This document shows positions 1 to 9,434 of a stretch of 64,000 nt of DNA, piece after piece (position 1 is the stretch's first letter; each line of letters starts with the position of its first letter). The notes under the pieces are model-generated. The model was given only the letters and a program-made list of their open reading frames with translations. It was not told the origin of the DNA and ran no database searches. Origin of the DNA: Thermodesulfobacteriota bacterium (GTDB lineage: Bacteria > Desulfobacterota_D > UBA1144 > Nemesobacterales > Mycalebacteriaceae); contig OZ245366.1 of assembly GCA_965226585.1 (NCBI GenBank), forward strand, positions 768,001-832,000, given 5' to 3'. The position numbers and the translations under genes were made by a program.

Positions 1-1363
1 CATCAAACACTCCGCCCCTGAGAAGGAAGTCATGGTCTTTCTCAAGCGCCTTGAGCGCGTCTTCAAGAGAGGCGGGAACCGAAGGAATGTTCTTAAGCTC
101 TTCGGGACCCAGAGCGTAGATGTCTTTGTCCATCGGCTCTCCGGGGTTTATCTTGTTCTCAATCCCGTCAAGCCCCGCCATCAGCATCGCGGAAAATGTC
201 AGATACCCGTTGCATGAAGGGTCGGGGAATCTGCATTCAAGCCGCTTCGCCTTCGGGCTGGGGGAATACATCGGAATCCTTACCGCCGCGCTTCTGTTCC
301 TCGCCGAGTAGGCAAGATTCACCGGCGCTTCAAATCCCGGCACAAGACGCCTGTATGAGTTTGTCGTTGAGTTGCTGAACGCGCATATTGCCCGCGCGTG
401 CTTCAGTATGCCGCCAATGTAATGCATGGCGGTTTCGCTCATTCCGGCATACCCGTTGCCCGCGAAAAGCGGCTTGCCTTTCTTCCACAGCGACTGGTGA
501 ACATGCATTCCGGAGCCGTTGTCATCAAACAGCGGTTTGGGCATAAACGTTACGGTTTTGCCGTGAGCGCGCGCCACATTGCGGCAGATGTATTTGTACC
601 ACATCATCTGGTCGCCCATGGTGAGCAGGGGGGCGAATTTCATGTCAATCTCCGCCTGTCCGCCCGTGGCAACTTCGTGGTGGTGCGCCTCAACAACAAT
701 GCCGAGATTCCGCATAACGGAAACCATTTCCGAGCGCAGGTCGTGGTGGCTGTCAGCCGGGGGCAGGGGGAAGTATCCCTCTTTGTGCCTCAGTTTGTAG
801 GCAAGGTTCGGGTAGTCATCGTTTCCGGAGTTCCAAATGCCCTCGTCTGAGTCCATACGGTAGTAGCCGGAGTTTGAAGTCTGGTCGTAAACCACATCTT
901 CAAAAATGAAAAACTCAAGTTCGGGACCGAAGTACGCCACATCCGCTATTCCGGTGCTTTTCATGTAGGCGTTGGCTTTTACCGCCGTGTTTCTGGGGTC
1001 GCGAGAGTAGGGCTCTTTTGTAATCGGGTCTTGAATGTCGCAGAGAAGGGCAACCGTGGTCTGTTCCATAAAGGGGTCAACCCGCACGGTTGAAGGATCC
1101 GGCACGGTGAGCATATCGCTTGAGTTGATTGCTTTCCAGCCCCTGATGCTTGAGCCGTCAAAACCCATTCCGTCTTCAAACACACTCGCCTCAAACTCCG
1201 ATGCCGGCACGGTGAAATGCTGCCACATTCCAACAAAATCAAGGAAGCGCAGGTCTATAAACTCCGCCTTGCTGTCTTTGATGAGTTTCATCGCTTTCGC
1301 TATTTCCGTTTTGTTGGGCTTAATGCCGCTCGCAGACGTTTTTTTTGTTCTTTTTACAGCCAC
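1..1363 (-). CDS. glnA: Glutamine synthetase type I (3' end runs off the window)
   Basis: Manual translation from GTG at 1363 (GGAG RBS upstream) gives [60 protein letters not shown]. Absent from the ORF track because it is truncated. Confidence 0.95.
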   Translation of the reverse strand, partial: MAVKRTKKTSASGIKPNKTEIAKAMKLIKDSKAEFIDLRFLDFVGMWQHFTVPASEFEASVFEDGMGFDGSSIRGWKAINSSDMLTVPDPSTVRVDPFMEQTTVALLCDIQDPITKEPYSRDPRNTAVKANAYMKSTGIADVAYFGPELEFFIFEDVVYDQTSNSGYYRMDSDEGIWNSGNDDYPNLAYKLRHKEGYFPLPPADSHHDLRSEMVSVMRNLGIVVEAHHHEVATGGQAEIDMKFAPLLTMGDQMMWYKYICRNVARAHGKTVTFMPKPLFDDNGSGMHVHQSLWKKGKPLFAGNGYAGMSETAMHYIGGILKHARAICAFSNSTTNSYRRLVPGFEAPVNLAYSARNRSAAVRIPMYSPSPKAKRLECRFPDPSCNGYLTFSAMLMAGLDGIENKINPGEPMDKDIYALGPEELKNIPSVPASLEDALKALEKDHDFLLRGGVFD

Positions 1364-1501
1364 TTTTTTCTCCTTGTTAAAATTAAGACAGCCCGGAAGA
1401 CCGCCTCTGATACTTTTACCGCCGTCCGGTAATCACGCGCAAATCCTACATAAACCCGCCCGTCTCGTCAAACCCGCCGCCCCGCCCTCTGCGGGTGTAT
1501 A

Positions 1502-2167
1502 ATGTTCCAAATGAAAAGTCCGAAAATCAAATACAAGTTCAAAGACAAGGGGCTTCTCACCGCCTCCCTCACCCACCCCTCGCGCAGAAACGAAAAGGGC
1601 GGCGATGTTGACAATCAGCGTCTTGAGTTCCTCGGCGACTCGGTTGTCGGGTGCGTTGCTTCAGAGGTTTTGTGGGAAATCTTCCCGGACGCTTCCGAAG
1701 GGGATATGTCTATAAAGAAAAGTTCCGTTGTAAGCGGGCGCAATCTCGCGGGCTATGCGCGGAAGATAAATCTGGGCGGGTGTCTTCTTCTTGGAAAGGG
1801 TGAAGAAAAGGAGGACGGCAGAGACAGGGATTCAAACCTCGCAGACGCTTTTGAAGCTCTCGCGGGGGCGGTGTTTCTTGACGGCGGCTACAAAGCCGCG
1901 CGGGATTTTCTGTCGGAACTGATACTTGGCAACAAAGAGCAGTGGAGCGAACTGTCGGACTACAAATCGGAACTGCAAAAGGTTTTTCACAAAAAAAACG
2001 GCTCTCTTCCCGTCTATAAAACCGAGGAGACCGGCGGCGGGGCGAGGGGCAAATATTTTTTCAGCGAAGTTGGAGACGGAGAAGAGATACTTGGAAGAGG
2101 GCAGGGTGAAAATAAAAAAGAGGCGGAACAGCGCGCCGCGAGAGAGGCGCTTGAAAACATCTCTTAA
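1502..2167 (+). CDS. rnc: Ribonuclease III
   Basis: NQRLEFLGDS signature, ADAFEAL.GA, C-terminal dsRBD (DYKSELQ...KKEAEQRAA). Confidence 0.95.
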   Translation: MFQMKSPKIKYKFKDKGLLTASLTHPSRRNEKGGDVDNQRLEFLGDSVVGCVASEVLWEIFPDASEGDMSIKKSSVVSGRNLAGYARKINLGGCLLLGKGEEKEDGRDRDSNLADAFEALAGAVFLDGGYKAARDFLSELILGNKEQWSELSDYKSELQKVFHKKNGSLPVYKTEETGGGARGKYFFSEVGDGEEILGRGQGENKKEAEQRAAREALENIS

Positions 2168-3453
2168 ATGTCTTCCACTCTCAGCAGGATTGACGGCATT
2201 TTGGTTACATTTTTCTCAATTCCCGCCACCGCTTTTTTCATGTTCTTTTCAGTTGTCCGGCGTGTCATTATCACAACGGGAACTCTGCCGCCCGCGCCGC
2301 CCGGTTTTTGTATTACAGACTGTATGCTGATTCCCGATTTCCCCAGAACGGCTGATATTTTTCCCAATATGCCGGGTTTGTCTTCCGCCTGAAATCTGGC
2401 GTAAAACCTGCCCGTTACTTCGCCGCGCGGGGCGAGTTTCAAGCCCTTTCCGCTTGCCGGAAAAGAGATGGCGGGAGTTTCCGCCCCTCGCGCTATTCTC
2501 ACAATATCGCTCACAACCGCGCTTGCGGTCGGCATCATTCCCGCTCCCATTCCGTAAAACATCGCGGGACCCACGGCGTCTCCCTCAACGCGTACTGTGT
2601 TGAAAGCCCCTCCGGCAGATGCTATCTGAGTGTCTGCCGCGACAAGGGCGGGATACACGCCCGCCTCAATTCCTCCGCGCGCCGCCCTTGCCGCCGCAAG
2701 CGGTTTTATTTTGTATCCAAGTTCCGCTGAGTATGAAATATCCGCCGGAGTAACGGCGTTTATTCCCTCAACCGTCAGGTCTTTCAGTTTGAAAAGTTTT
2801 CCCCACGCGAGCGCGATAAGTATCAAAAGTTTGTGCGCCGAGTCCGTTCCGTTCACGTCAAAAGAAGGGTCGGCTTCGGCGTAGCCCTCTCGTTTTGCGT
2901 CTGTGAGAGCATCTTTGAACGGTTTTTTCTCTTCAGACATTTTGTGCAGAATGTAGTTTGAAGTTCCGTTCAGTATGCCTCTGACGGATTTAATTTTGTT
3001 TGCGCACAGTCCTTCGCTCAGCCCCAGAATAAGAGGAATTCCCCCCGCAACGCTTGCTTCAAATCCCACTTCCGTTCCGTGTTTTGAGGCGGCGGAGAAA
3101 ATCTCCGCGCCCCGGTGAGCGAGCAACGCTTTGTTTGCCGTAACAAGGTGTTTGCCGTTTTTCAGAGCCGCAAGCGCGAAGTCTCCCGCCACGGCTGTGC
3201 CGCCGACAAGTTCAACTGCGATGTCAATTTCGGGGTCGTTTATCAGTTCATAGGCATCTTTTGTGAAAAGGTTTTTCGGTATTTTGACGGGTCTTTTTCT
3301 GTTCGGGTCTATGTCCGCCACGCGGCTGATTGAGAGGTCAATGCCCGTTTTTTCTTTCACGATTTTGCGGTTTCGTCTGACAACCTCAAAAACCCCGCAC
3401 CCGACCGTGCCGGCTCCTATGAGCCCGATTTTTATTTTTTTCCCGTTTTTCAT
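2164..3453 (-). CDS. hom: Homoserine dehydrogenase with C-terminal ACT domain
   Basis: GAGTVG Rossmann motif, VTANKA, FEASVAGGIP, GILNGT, GYAEADP, DKPGILGKI ACT domain. Confidence 0.95.
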   Translation of the reverse strand: MKNGKKIKIGLIGAGTVGCGVFEVVRRNRKIVKEKTGIDLSISRVADIDPNRKRPVKIPKNLFTKDAYELINDPEIDIAVELVGGTAVAGDFALAALKNGKHLVTANKALLAHRGAEIFSAASKHGTEVGFEASVAGGIPLILGLSEGLCANKIKSVRGILNGTSNYILHKMSEEKKPFKDALTDAKREGYAEADPSFDVNGTDSAHKLLILIALAWGKLFKLKDLTVEGINAVTPADISYSAELGYKIKPLAAARAARGGIEAGVYPALVAADTQIASAGGAFNTVRVEGDAVGPAMFYGMGAGMMPTASAVVSDIVRIARGAETPAISFPASGKGLKLAPRGEVTGRFYARFQAEDKPGILGKISAVLGKSGISIQSVIQKPGGAGGRVPVVIMTRRTTEKNMKKAVAGIEKNVTKMPSILLRVEDI

Positions 3454-3590
3454 TGAGTAAGCCCCGTTATTCCTGTTCCTTCTCCGTCATGCCCGCTTTT
3501 TATAACCTCCGGCGAAATAGAGAGGGTGGAAATTAGTTGAGATAACCCTACTGTTTGAGGGGTTTGTGTCAAAGTTTCAGAGGGTGAATG

Positions 3591-3695
3591 TAATACTGGA
3601 TTCCTGCTTTCGCAGGAATGACGGGAGAGAGGCAGGAATGACGGGAGGGGTAACGGAATGACGGGAGAGGTAACGGAATGACGAGAGGGCAACGG
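3591..3695. repeat. CGTC-type palindromic repeat half-unit followed by GGAATGACG motifs
   Basis: CTGGATTCCTGCTTTCGCAGGAATGACG hairpin; GGAATGACG at 3615, 3635, 3655, 3675 (20-bp period); 3591-3619 identical to 12651-12679. Confidence 0.9.
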
Positions 3696-3698
3696 GAT

Positions 3699-3727
3699 TT
3701 TACCCCCCCCCTATTTAATGGTAGTGT
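3699..3727 (+). promoter_or_regulatory. Putative sigma70 promoter of autotransporter 1, with a C9 tract
   Basis: TTTACC (3699-3704), 17 bp, TGn-TAGTGT (3722-3727); C9 at 3703-3711. Confidence 0.4.
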
Positions 3728-3749
3728 TACTCGTTTCAGGAAAAATGAA

Positions 3750-6700
3750 TTGCGCGGATATTCAACAACACTTATTCTGCTCGCTCTTGTATTGGCGGTT
3801 CCCGCACCGTCCTCTCATGCGGACACATACTTTTGCAAATTAGCAGATTCCTCAAGTAACACATCGCTTACCTGCAACTTACCCCCGGACGAAACAGCTG
3901 ACAGTATTGAGATACAGGTTTCTAACTCCTCATTTGACGACCTGCCGGACGGAGAATCCGCGATTAACGCCGCAGTGAACGGAAGCGTTGATGTGAGAAT
4001 CATCATGACAGAATCCAGTATAAACGCCACTGGAGGCAACACCGTGCAGGCGGTTTCGGAAGACGGGGACGTATCAGCAGAGGTTAGCAATATTTCATAC
4101 ATACGGACGGGAGGCGGCGGTGGCGGAAACGCGCTTTTCGCAGAAACTGTCAATGGCAACATAAACGCGACATTCACCGGACAAGGCGGAATTATGTCGA
4201 AAGAAAGTGAAGGCGCGAACGGCTTTTTGGCACAAACGCAAACCGGAGACATCACGGCAACTTTTGACAGACTGTTTTCGGGAATCTTTATGTTCCCCAG
4301 AGGCAAACGCGACACCTACTCAAATGGCAAAGGCGCGACATTCACAAGCGCAAGCGGCAATATAAATGTTTTGCTGACAAATACTGCGTCAATCTTAGCG
4401 CCGTCTCTGGGAGATTCCCACGGCTTGGAGGCGGTAACGGGAGAGGACGGAGACATAAACATAGTGTTGCGAAATGGGGATTCGTGCATAGCCGGCAGAA
4501 ACGGGGCTATAGCCAGAACGGCTCAAGGAGATATTAATTTTCATCTTTCAGACGCACTGATTGTGGGATTGGACGGATACGGGATTAATGCAATATCAGC
4601 AGTGGACGGAAACATAGCCATCGTTGGTGAAAGAGGTTCGGTAATCGGCGGCGGCATTTACGCCACAACCGGAGGAATCCTGTCGGTAACATCGGAAGGA
4701 GAAGACGGTCTGAATGTGTGGACAAACGAAGATAGCCGCACCACAATACGGTCGACGGGTCAGGCAAAGATTTTCAACTCAAAAGTGTGGGCAAACGGCG
4801 CGCGTGCCTACACTTTTCTGGTCTTCAGAGGCGTGGAAATCACCGGCGCGCAAGTTTGGTCAAACGGCGCGGGTTCCACTTCAATCCGCGACTTTGGAAG
4901 TGGCAAGACTAAAACAGACATTTCAGGAAGCTCGCGGGTGTGGGCAAACGGCGCGAGCAGTTCTGCGGTTGCCACGTTCAGGGTAACGGCGAAAGGCTCG
5001 CAAGTGTGGGTGGAAGGCGATAACAGCAACGCGATACTGGCATTCTTTACGGCAGACATTTCAGGCGGCTCGCAGGTGTGGGCAAACGGCGCGAGCAGCT
5101 CTGCGGTTTATGGGGCAACGGCAACGGTGAACATAGCAAGCGGCTCGCGGGTGTGGGCAAACGGCGTGAACAGTTCTGCGGTTTCCGCAAGAACCGCAGA
5201 CATTTCAGGCGGCTCGCAAGTGTGGTCAAATGGCGCGAACAGCGACTCACTCAAGGCGGCGGACGCAGACATAAGCGGCTCACAGGTGTGGACGGAGGGA
5301 GACAACAGCAACGCAGTTGTTGTAACGAGAGCGGTGAACATAGCAAGCGGCTCGCAGGTGTGGTCAAGCGGGGCGAACAGCGACTCACTCAAGGCGGCGG
5401 ACGCAGACATAAGCGGCTCGCGGGTGTGGACGGAGGGAGACAACAGCAACGCGGTTGTTGTAACGGGAGCGGTGAACATAACAAGCGGCTCGCAGGTTTG
5501 GTCAAACGGCGTGAACAGTTCTGCGGTTGTGGCGGGAACCATCTTTGTCAACCAGTCTGAAGGGTGGAGGGAAAGCGGCTCAAGCCATGTGATAACGGGT
5601 GGAGGAGGAGCGTTTGACCTGAAGTTGTTTGATTCAAATATCTCGGCAAACGGCGGCGGAAACGGCTCGCTGATTTTTGTTGACGGCGGCGGGAGCGACA
5701 TAACCGTCTTTGCCTCCAACCTGACAGCTCTTCCGTTCCGCAACACAATGGATTTGTCATCAAACGGCGGGATAACCGTGAGTCTGTTTAACGAGTCGAA
5801 ACTGAACAGGGGATCAAGCGACGCAACCACCCTCAACGCGCTTGGCAGAAACAGGGACGTGACAGTAACAACGACAGACTCAACCATTAATGCGGCTTCA
5901 GGGGCAACCGCCCTTCGGGCTGTAACCACCGGAAGCGGGAAAACGCGTATTGACATCAACGGAAACGCCGTTGTTGCCGCCTACGGGCAACCGGAAGCGG
6001 ACGGAGGAACCGCAGTAAGGGCTCATTCGCAGACAAGTGAAGTAACGCTGTATATGAGAGGGACTTCAAAGGCATTCACAGACTCTGCGGGAGGCAACTC
6101 GGTTCACCTGTCATCAAACTACACCGTGGCTCAGAACCCGCCGAGCTCATATGCCGGCGGCAACCGGGCGGTTACTGCCGCGCTTGAAGGTAACGCCAGT
6201 ATTTCCGCATCCGGAGACGGAGCCAATGCTCTGTTTATTGAAGGTCCCGAAACAACCGAAAGACTTGAACTTGTTATGGGCGGGGCGTCAAAAATTTTCG
6301 TAACCGGCAAAGGCAACGCCGCAGTAATAAACAGTAACGGAAAGGTGAGGACGGCAATATCGGGCAATTCGCAAATTTACGCGGCGCGGGAGGGCAGTTC
6401 CGCGCTGTTTGCCACCTCAAACTCAAGCAGTAGTAGAAACTTTGATAACTTGGACATAAGCGTGAGCGGCGCGGCGCGGATTTTCACAAACGGAGCGGAC
6501 AGCGACACGATAAGAACGAACAGCGCATCCATTCTTAACCCGGGAGGCTCTTTGCCGAAGGGGGCAATCTTCAGGTTGGAAGACAAAGCGCAAATTTACT
6601 CTGATGGAGATTCAAGCAACGCGATTTACCACGTTCAGCACACCAGACAAAGAGATGTTGACTTTCTAATTGCCGCCACCGCAAAACTGTTCGCAAACGG

Positions 6701-9407
6701 CGCAGACAGTTTTGCCCTCCACATACGGGAAGACTCCCAAACTATTACCGGTCGCAGTTATATTGGGGCAACTGTGGTTGTGAAGGATGAAGCGGAAATA
6801 TACGCAACGGGAGACAGAAGCGTTGCTCTACGGGCGGACATGAACGACGGAGATTTGATTTACGTCAACGTGAGCGATTCCGCAAAAATCTTCACAAACG
6901 GTGATTATTCGTCTGCGGTTGAAATGGATTTGCGTCATGCAAACATGACCTTCAACATGAGCGAAAGCGCGCAAGTATCCACGGCGGGAAATCACAGCAC
7001 AGCCATAAACGCGGCCGGCGACTTGATAACACCCTCCTTGACTCCTGTGGATTTTTTCTTATACGCCTCAAACACGGCGCAGATTTTAGCGGGCGATGCG
7101 GACAGCACAGCCGTGCGGTCGCAAATGGTTGACGGGGCGACAAAGATAATTGTTTCCGGCAAGGGTTCAATCACGGCGCAGGGAGCGCGCTCAGATGCCA
7201 TAAACGCGACATCGCTGGGCGGCGCAAGAGGCACAATAGGCATATATTTGAACGGCTCCGTGCCTTCCCCCGGAGAAACGGATAGTTCCGCTTCGGTGTA
7301 TCTGTCCACTAACGGTAGCAGTTCCGGCGTCATCAGAACACAAACCGTTGATGGCGATACAACGGTATTCATAGCGGGTGGCTCAAAGGTGTTTGCCTCA
7401 GGCGATATGTCGCGGGCAATATCCGCTGTAACAACAAACGGGGAAATTGATTTAACCGTTGGCGGGCAGGCAGAAGTGCGCGCAGAAGGCGAGGGAAGCT
7501 TGGCGGTGTTTTTCACCACCACCGGAAGCGGCAGCACAAAGATAACAACCGAATCCGGCGCCTCCGTAACGGGCAATGTGTCTCTTTCTGAAAACCGGGA
7601 TGTTTTTCACAACAATGGTTCATTTACCGGAAGTGGCAACACGGGCGATGACGATGATGTAGTGAACAACAAAGGAACCTTCACCCTCACCGGAGACTTT
7701 GACATGGGAGCCGGTGATGACACTTTTGTGAACATAGACGGCGGAATGGTAGTAGGCGATGACACTCACACAATAACGCCTACACCGACTACGGGAACAC
7801 AATCCTCTCCTTCCCGTCATTCCGCATCTTCACCATCCCGTCATTCCGTGCCTGACACGGAATCCAGTATTCAACTGGCTAACCAATACTGGATTCCTGC
7901 TTCCGCAGGAATGACGGAGGGGGCGGGAAACAGCCGTTTCCGCCTTTCTTCTGCAGACCCTGCCCCTGAGGACACAACCGCAACCATAAACTTCGGCGAT
8001 GGCGATGACCGTTTCATAAACAATGGCACAATCGTAATTCAAGACACAGGCGGATTTGCGGGACTGGAGAAAATAACCTTTGGAGAAAATTCAACCCTTG
8101 TTGTCTCGGCAGACCCTGAAGAGATGGCGGACAAACCGCTCATAGATATTGAAGGCGAGATAACTGCGGAAGATGTAAAAGGTTTTAATGTTGAAGTTGA
8201 TGTTCCCGGAACACATATAAACGAGTACACAATTTTTGAAGCGGATGACCTGCCGGGAGGCGAGGAAAGGCAAGAGGTTGTAGATATCATAAACGAGAAA
8301 ATAGGCGAGAGGGCAAGCGTTGAAGCAGACGGCAACGGCAATTTGTTTGTAACGGCAACATCGCACAAAGACACAAGTTTGGATGTATATGACGCGCTGA
8401 TACAGTCCGCCTATCGTTCAGACAGAAACTTTGCCGATAAGTTGGCAAGAGGATGCGGAACCAGCGGAGCGGCGAGTGATGAGATAGACGGAGAGTTTTG
8501 GACTGGCGGGTGTGTATGGGCAACATCGGGCGGAAGATACACAAGGCACACATCGGCAATACAATATGACGAGGATGTTTATTCCTTCACCGGCGGAGCA
8601 TCAGCCCCGTTCAGCGGAGTGCTTGTTTCAATTGCCGGCGGATATGAGATTTCCACCATAGATGCAAGCGCGGAGACGGAGATTGAGGATCCTGAAGGCG
8701 GCACTAACCACCTGCGCGGACTTGCTTCGGCGGGTGGAGACGCAACAAGGTTTATGGGCGGCATATTTGCCGAGGGTGTTATTGACGAGTTTGTTGTTGA
8801 CGGCAACCTGCGTTATGTGTCAACAAATTGGGAAGCGACCAGAACGGCGGACAGCGACAGTTATTCGGCTGATGTGGATGCCACAGTATTCGGCGGCGCA
8901 ATAGCCGTTACCAAGCCGTTTTTATCCGGCAAGTTTGCCTTACTGCCCCGTCTTGAGTTGGGAGCATCGTACATAACGGCGGACAAGTTCGTTGAGAATT
9001 CGCTCACAATAGGCACAGATGCGGATGATGCCGCAATGGACAAGTTTTATGTAGATGAGACGAGTGAGTTGTTGGTGTATGTAAGTCCGTCAATAGAAGC
9101 GCGGAGTCCTGTGAGTGAGATGTTAAGCATGTGGATGAGAGCTGGAGCGGATGTGCAGGTGCTAAACCCTGAATCTGAGATTGAGGGGCGGCTTATAAGA
9201 GACGGTGAAAATGACGGCGACGATTCTATTTCCACCATCGTCCCCAGAGACGGCACAATGGACAGGGTGATGTTCACCTACTCCGCCGGAATGGAATACA
9301 GTCCCTACGACCGTTTGAACATAAGCATAGAATACGGCGGCGGAACCAGCGCGAGTTTTAATACATTCGTGCAACAGTTCAGGGGCGGGGTTAATTACAA
9401 GTTTTAA
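3750..9407 (+). CDS. Large autotransporter-like adhesin 1 (signal peptide, beta-helical passenger, C-terminal beta-barrel)
   Basis: Likely TTG start at 3750 after AGGA, giving a signal peptide ending SSHA; G/S/N-rich beta-helix repeats; GDDTF/GDDRF motifs; C-terminus GVNYKF. Confidence 0.8.
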   Translation: MRGYSTTLILLALVLAVPAPSSHADTYFCKLADSSSNTSLTCNLPPDETADSIEIQVSNSSFDDLPDGESAINAAVNGSVDVRIIMTESSINATGGNTVQAVSEDGDVSAEVSNISYIRTGGGGGGNALFAETVNGNINATFTGQGGIMSKESEGANGFLAQTQTGDITATFDRLFSGIFMFPRGKRDTYSNGKGATFTSASGNINVLLTNTASILAPSLGDSHGLEAVTGEDGDINIVLRNGDSCIAGRNGAIARTAQGDINFHLSDALIVGLDGYGINAISAVDGNIAIVGERGSVIGGGIYATTGGILSVTSEGEDGLNVWTNEDSRTTIRSTGQAKIFNSKVWANGARAYTFLVFRGVEITGAQVWSNGAGSTSIRDFGSGKTKTDISGSSRVWANGASSSAVATFRVTAKGSQVWVEGDNSNAILAFFTADISGGSQVWANGASSSAVYGATATVNIASGSRVWANGVNSSAVSARTADISGGSQVWSNGANSDSLKAADADISGSQVWTEGDNSNAVVVTRAVNIASGSQVWSSGANSDSLKAADADISGSRVWTEGDNSNAVVVTGAVNITSGSQVWSNGVNSSAVVAGTIFVNQSEGWRESGSSHVITGGGGAFDLKLFDSNISANGGGNGSLIFVDGGGSDITVFASNLTALPFRNTMDLSSNGGITVSLFNESKLNRGSSDATTLNALGRNRDVTVTTTDSTINAASGATALRAVTTGSGKTRIDINGNAVVAAYGQPEADGGTAVRAHSQTSEVTLYMRGTSKAFTDSAGGNSVHLSSNYTVAQNPPSSYAGGNRAVTAALEGNASISASGDGANALFIEGPETTERLELVMGGASKIFVTGKGNAAVINSNGKVRTAISGNSQIYAAREGSSALFATSNSSSSRNFDNLDISVSGAARIFTNGADSDTIRTNSASILNPGGSLPKGAIFRLEDKAQIYSDGDSSNAIYHVQHTRQRDVDFLIAATAKLFANGADSFALHIREDSQTITGRSYIGATVVVKDEAEIYATGDRSVALRADMNDGDLIYVNVSDSAKIFTNGDYSSAVEMDLRHANMTFNMSESAQVSTAGNHSTAINAAGDLITPSLTPVDFFLYASNTAQILAGDADSTAVRSQMVDGATKIIVSGKGSITAQGARSDAINATSLGGARGTIGIYLNGSVPSPGETDSSASVYLSTNGSSSGVIRTQTVDGDTTVFIAGGSKVFASGDMSRAISAVTTNGEIDLTVGGQAEVRAEGEGSLAVFFTTTGSGSTKITTESGASVTGNVSLSENRDVFHNNGSFTGSGNTGDDDDVVNNKGTFTLTGDFDMGAGDDTFVNIDGGMVVGDDTHTITPTPTTGTQSSPSRHSASSPSRHSVPDTESSIQLANQYWIPASAGMTEGAGNSRFRLSSADPAPEDTTATINFGDGDDRFINNGTIVIQDTGGFAGLEKITFGENSTLVVSADPEEMADKPLIDIEGEITAEDVKGFNVEVDVPGTHINEYTIFEADDLPGGEERQEVVDIINEKIGERASVEADGNGNLFVTATSHKDTSLDVYDALIQSAYRSDRNFADKLARGCGTSGAASDEIDGEFWTGGCVWATSGGRYTRHTSAIQYDEDVYSFTGGASAPFSGVLVSIAGGYEISTIDASAETEIEDPEGGTNHLRGLASAGGDATRFMGGIFAEGVIDEFVVDGNLRYVSTNWEATRTADSDSYSADVDATVFGGAIAVTKPFLSGKFALLPRLELGASYITADKFVENSLTIGTDADDAAMDKFYVDETSELLVYVSPSIEARSPVSEMLSMWMRAGADVQVLNPESEIEGRLIRDGENDGDDSISTIVPRDGTMDRVMFTYSAGMEYSPYDRLNISIEYGGGTSASFNTFVQQFRGGVNYKF
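4780..5540 (+). repeat. Intragenic repeats encoding SGS(Q/R)VWxxGxNSxA beta-helix rungs
   Basis: About a dozen 22-25 aa units; near-identical 138-bp DNA duplication (copies starting near 5236 and 5374). Confidence 0.9.
7838..7917. repeat. 80-bp REP-like inverted doublet inside autotransporter 1
   Basis: One mismatch from 11201-11280 and 12761-12840; translated as RHSVPDTESSIQLANQYWIPASAGMT. Confidence 0.95.
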
Positions 9408-9434
9408 GACCACTCCCATTGAGGATTCGGTATC

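Noticed and set aside
32..1502. Short + strand ORFs at the window start
   Set aside because: Antisense to glnA, which the ORF track missed because it is truncated
3678..3749. ATG 3678 as the start of adhesin 1
   Set aside because: It lies inside a GGAATGACG repeat and would bury the signal peptide; TTG 3750 fits better
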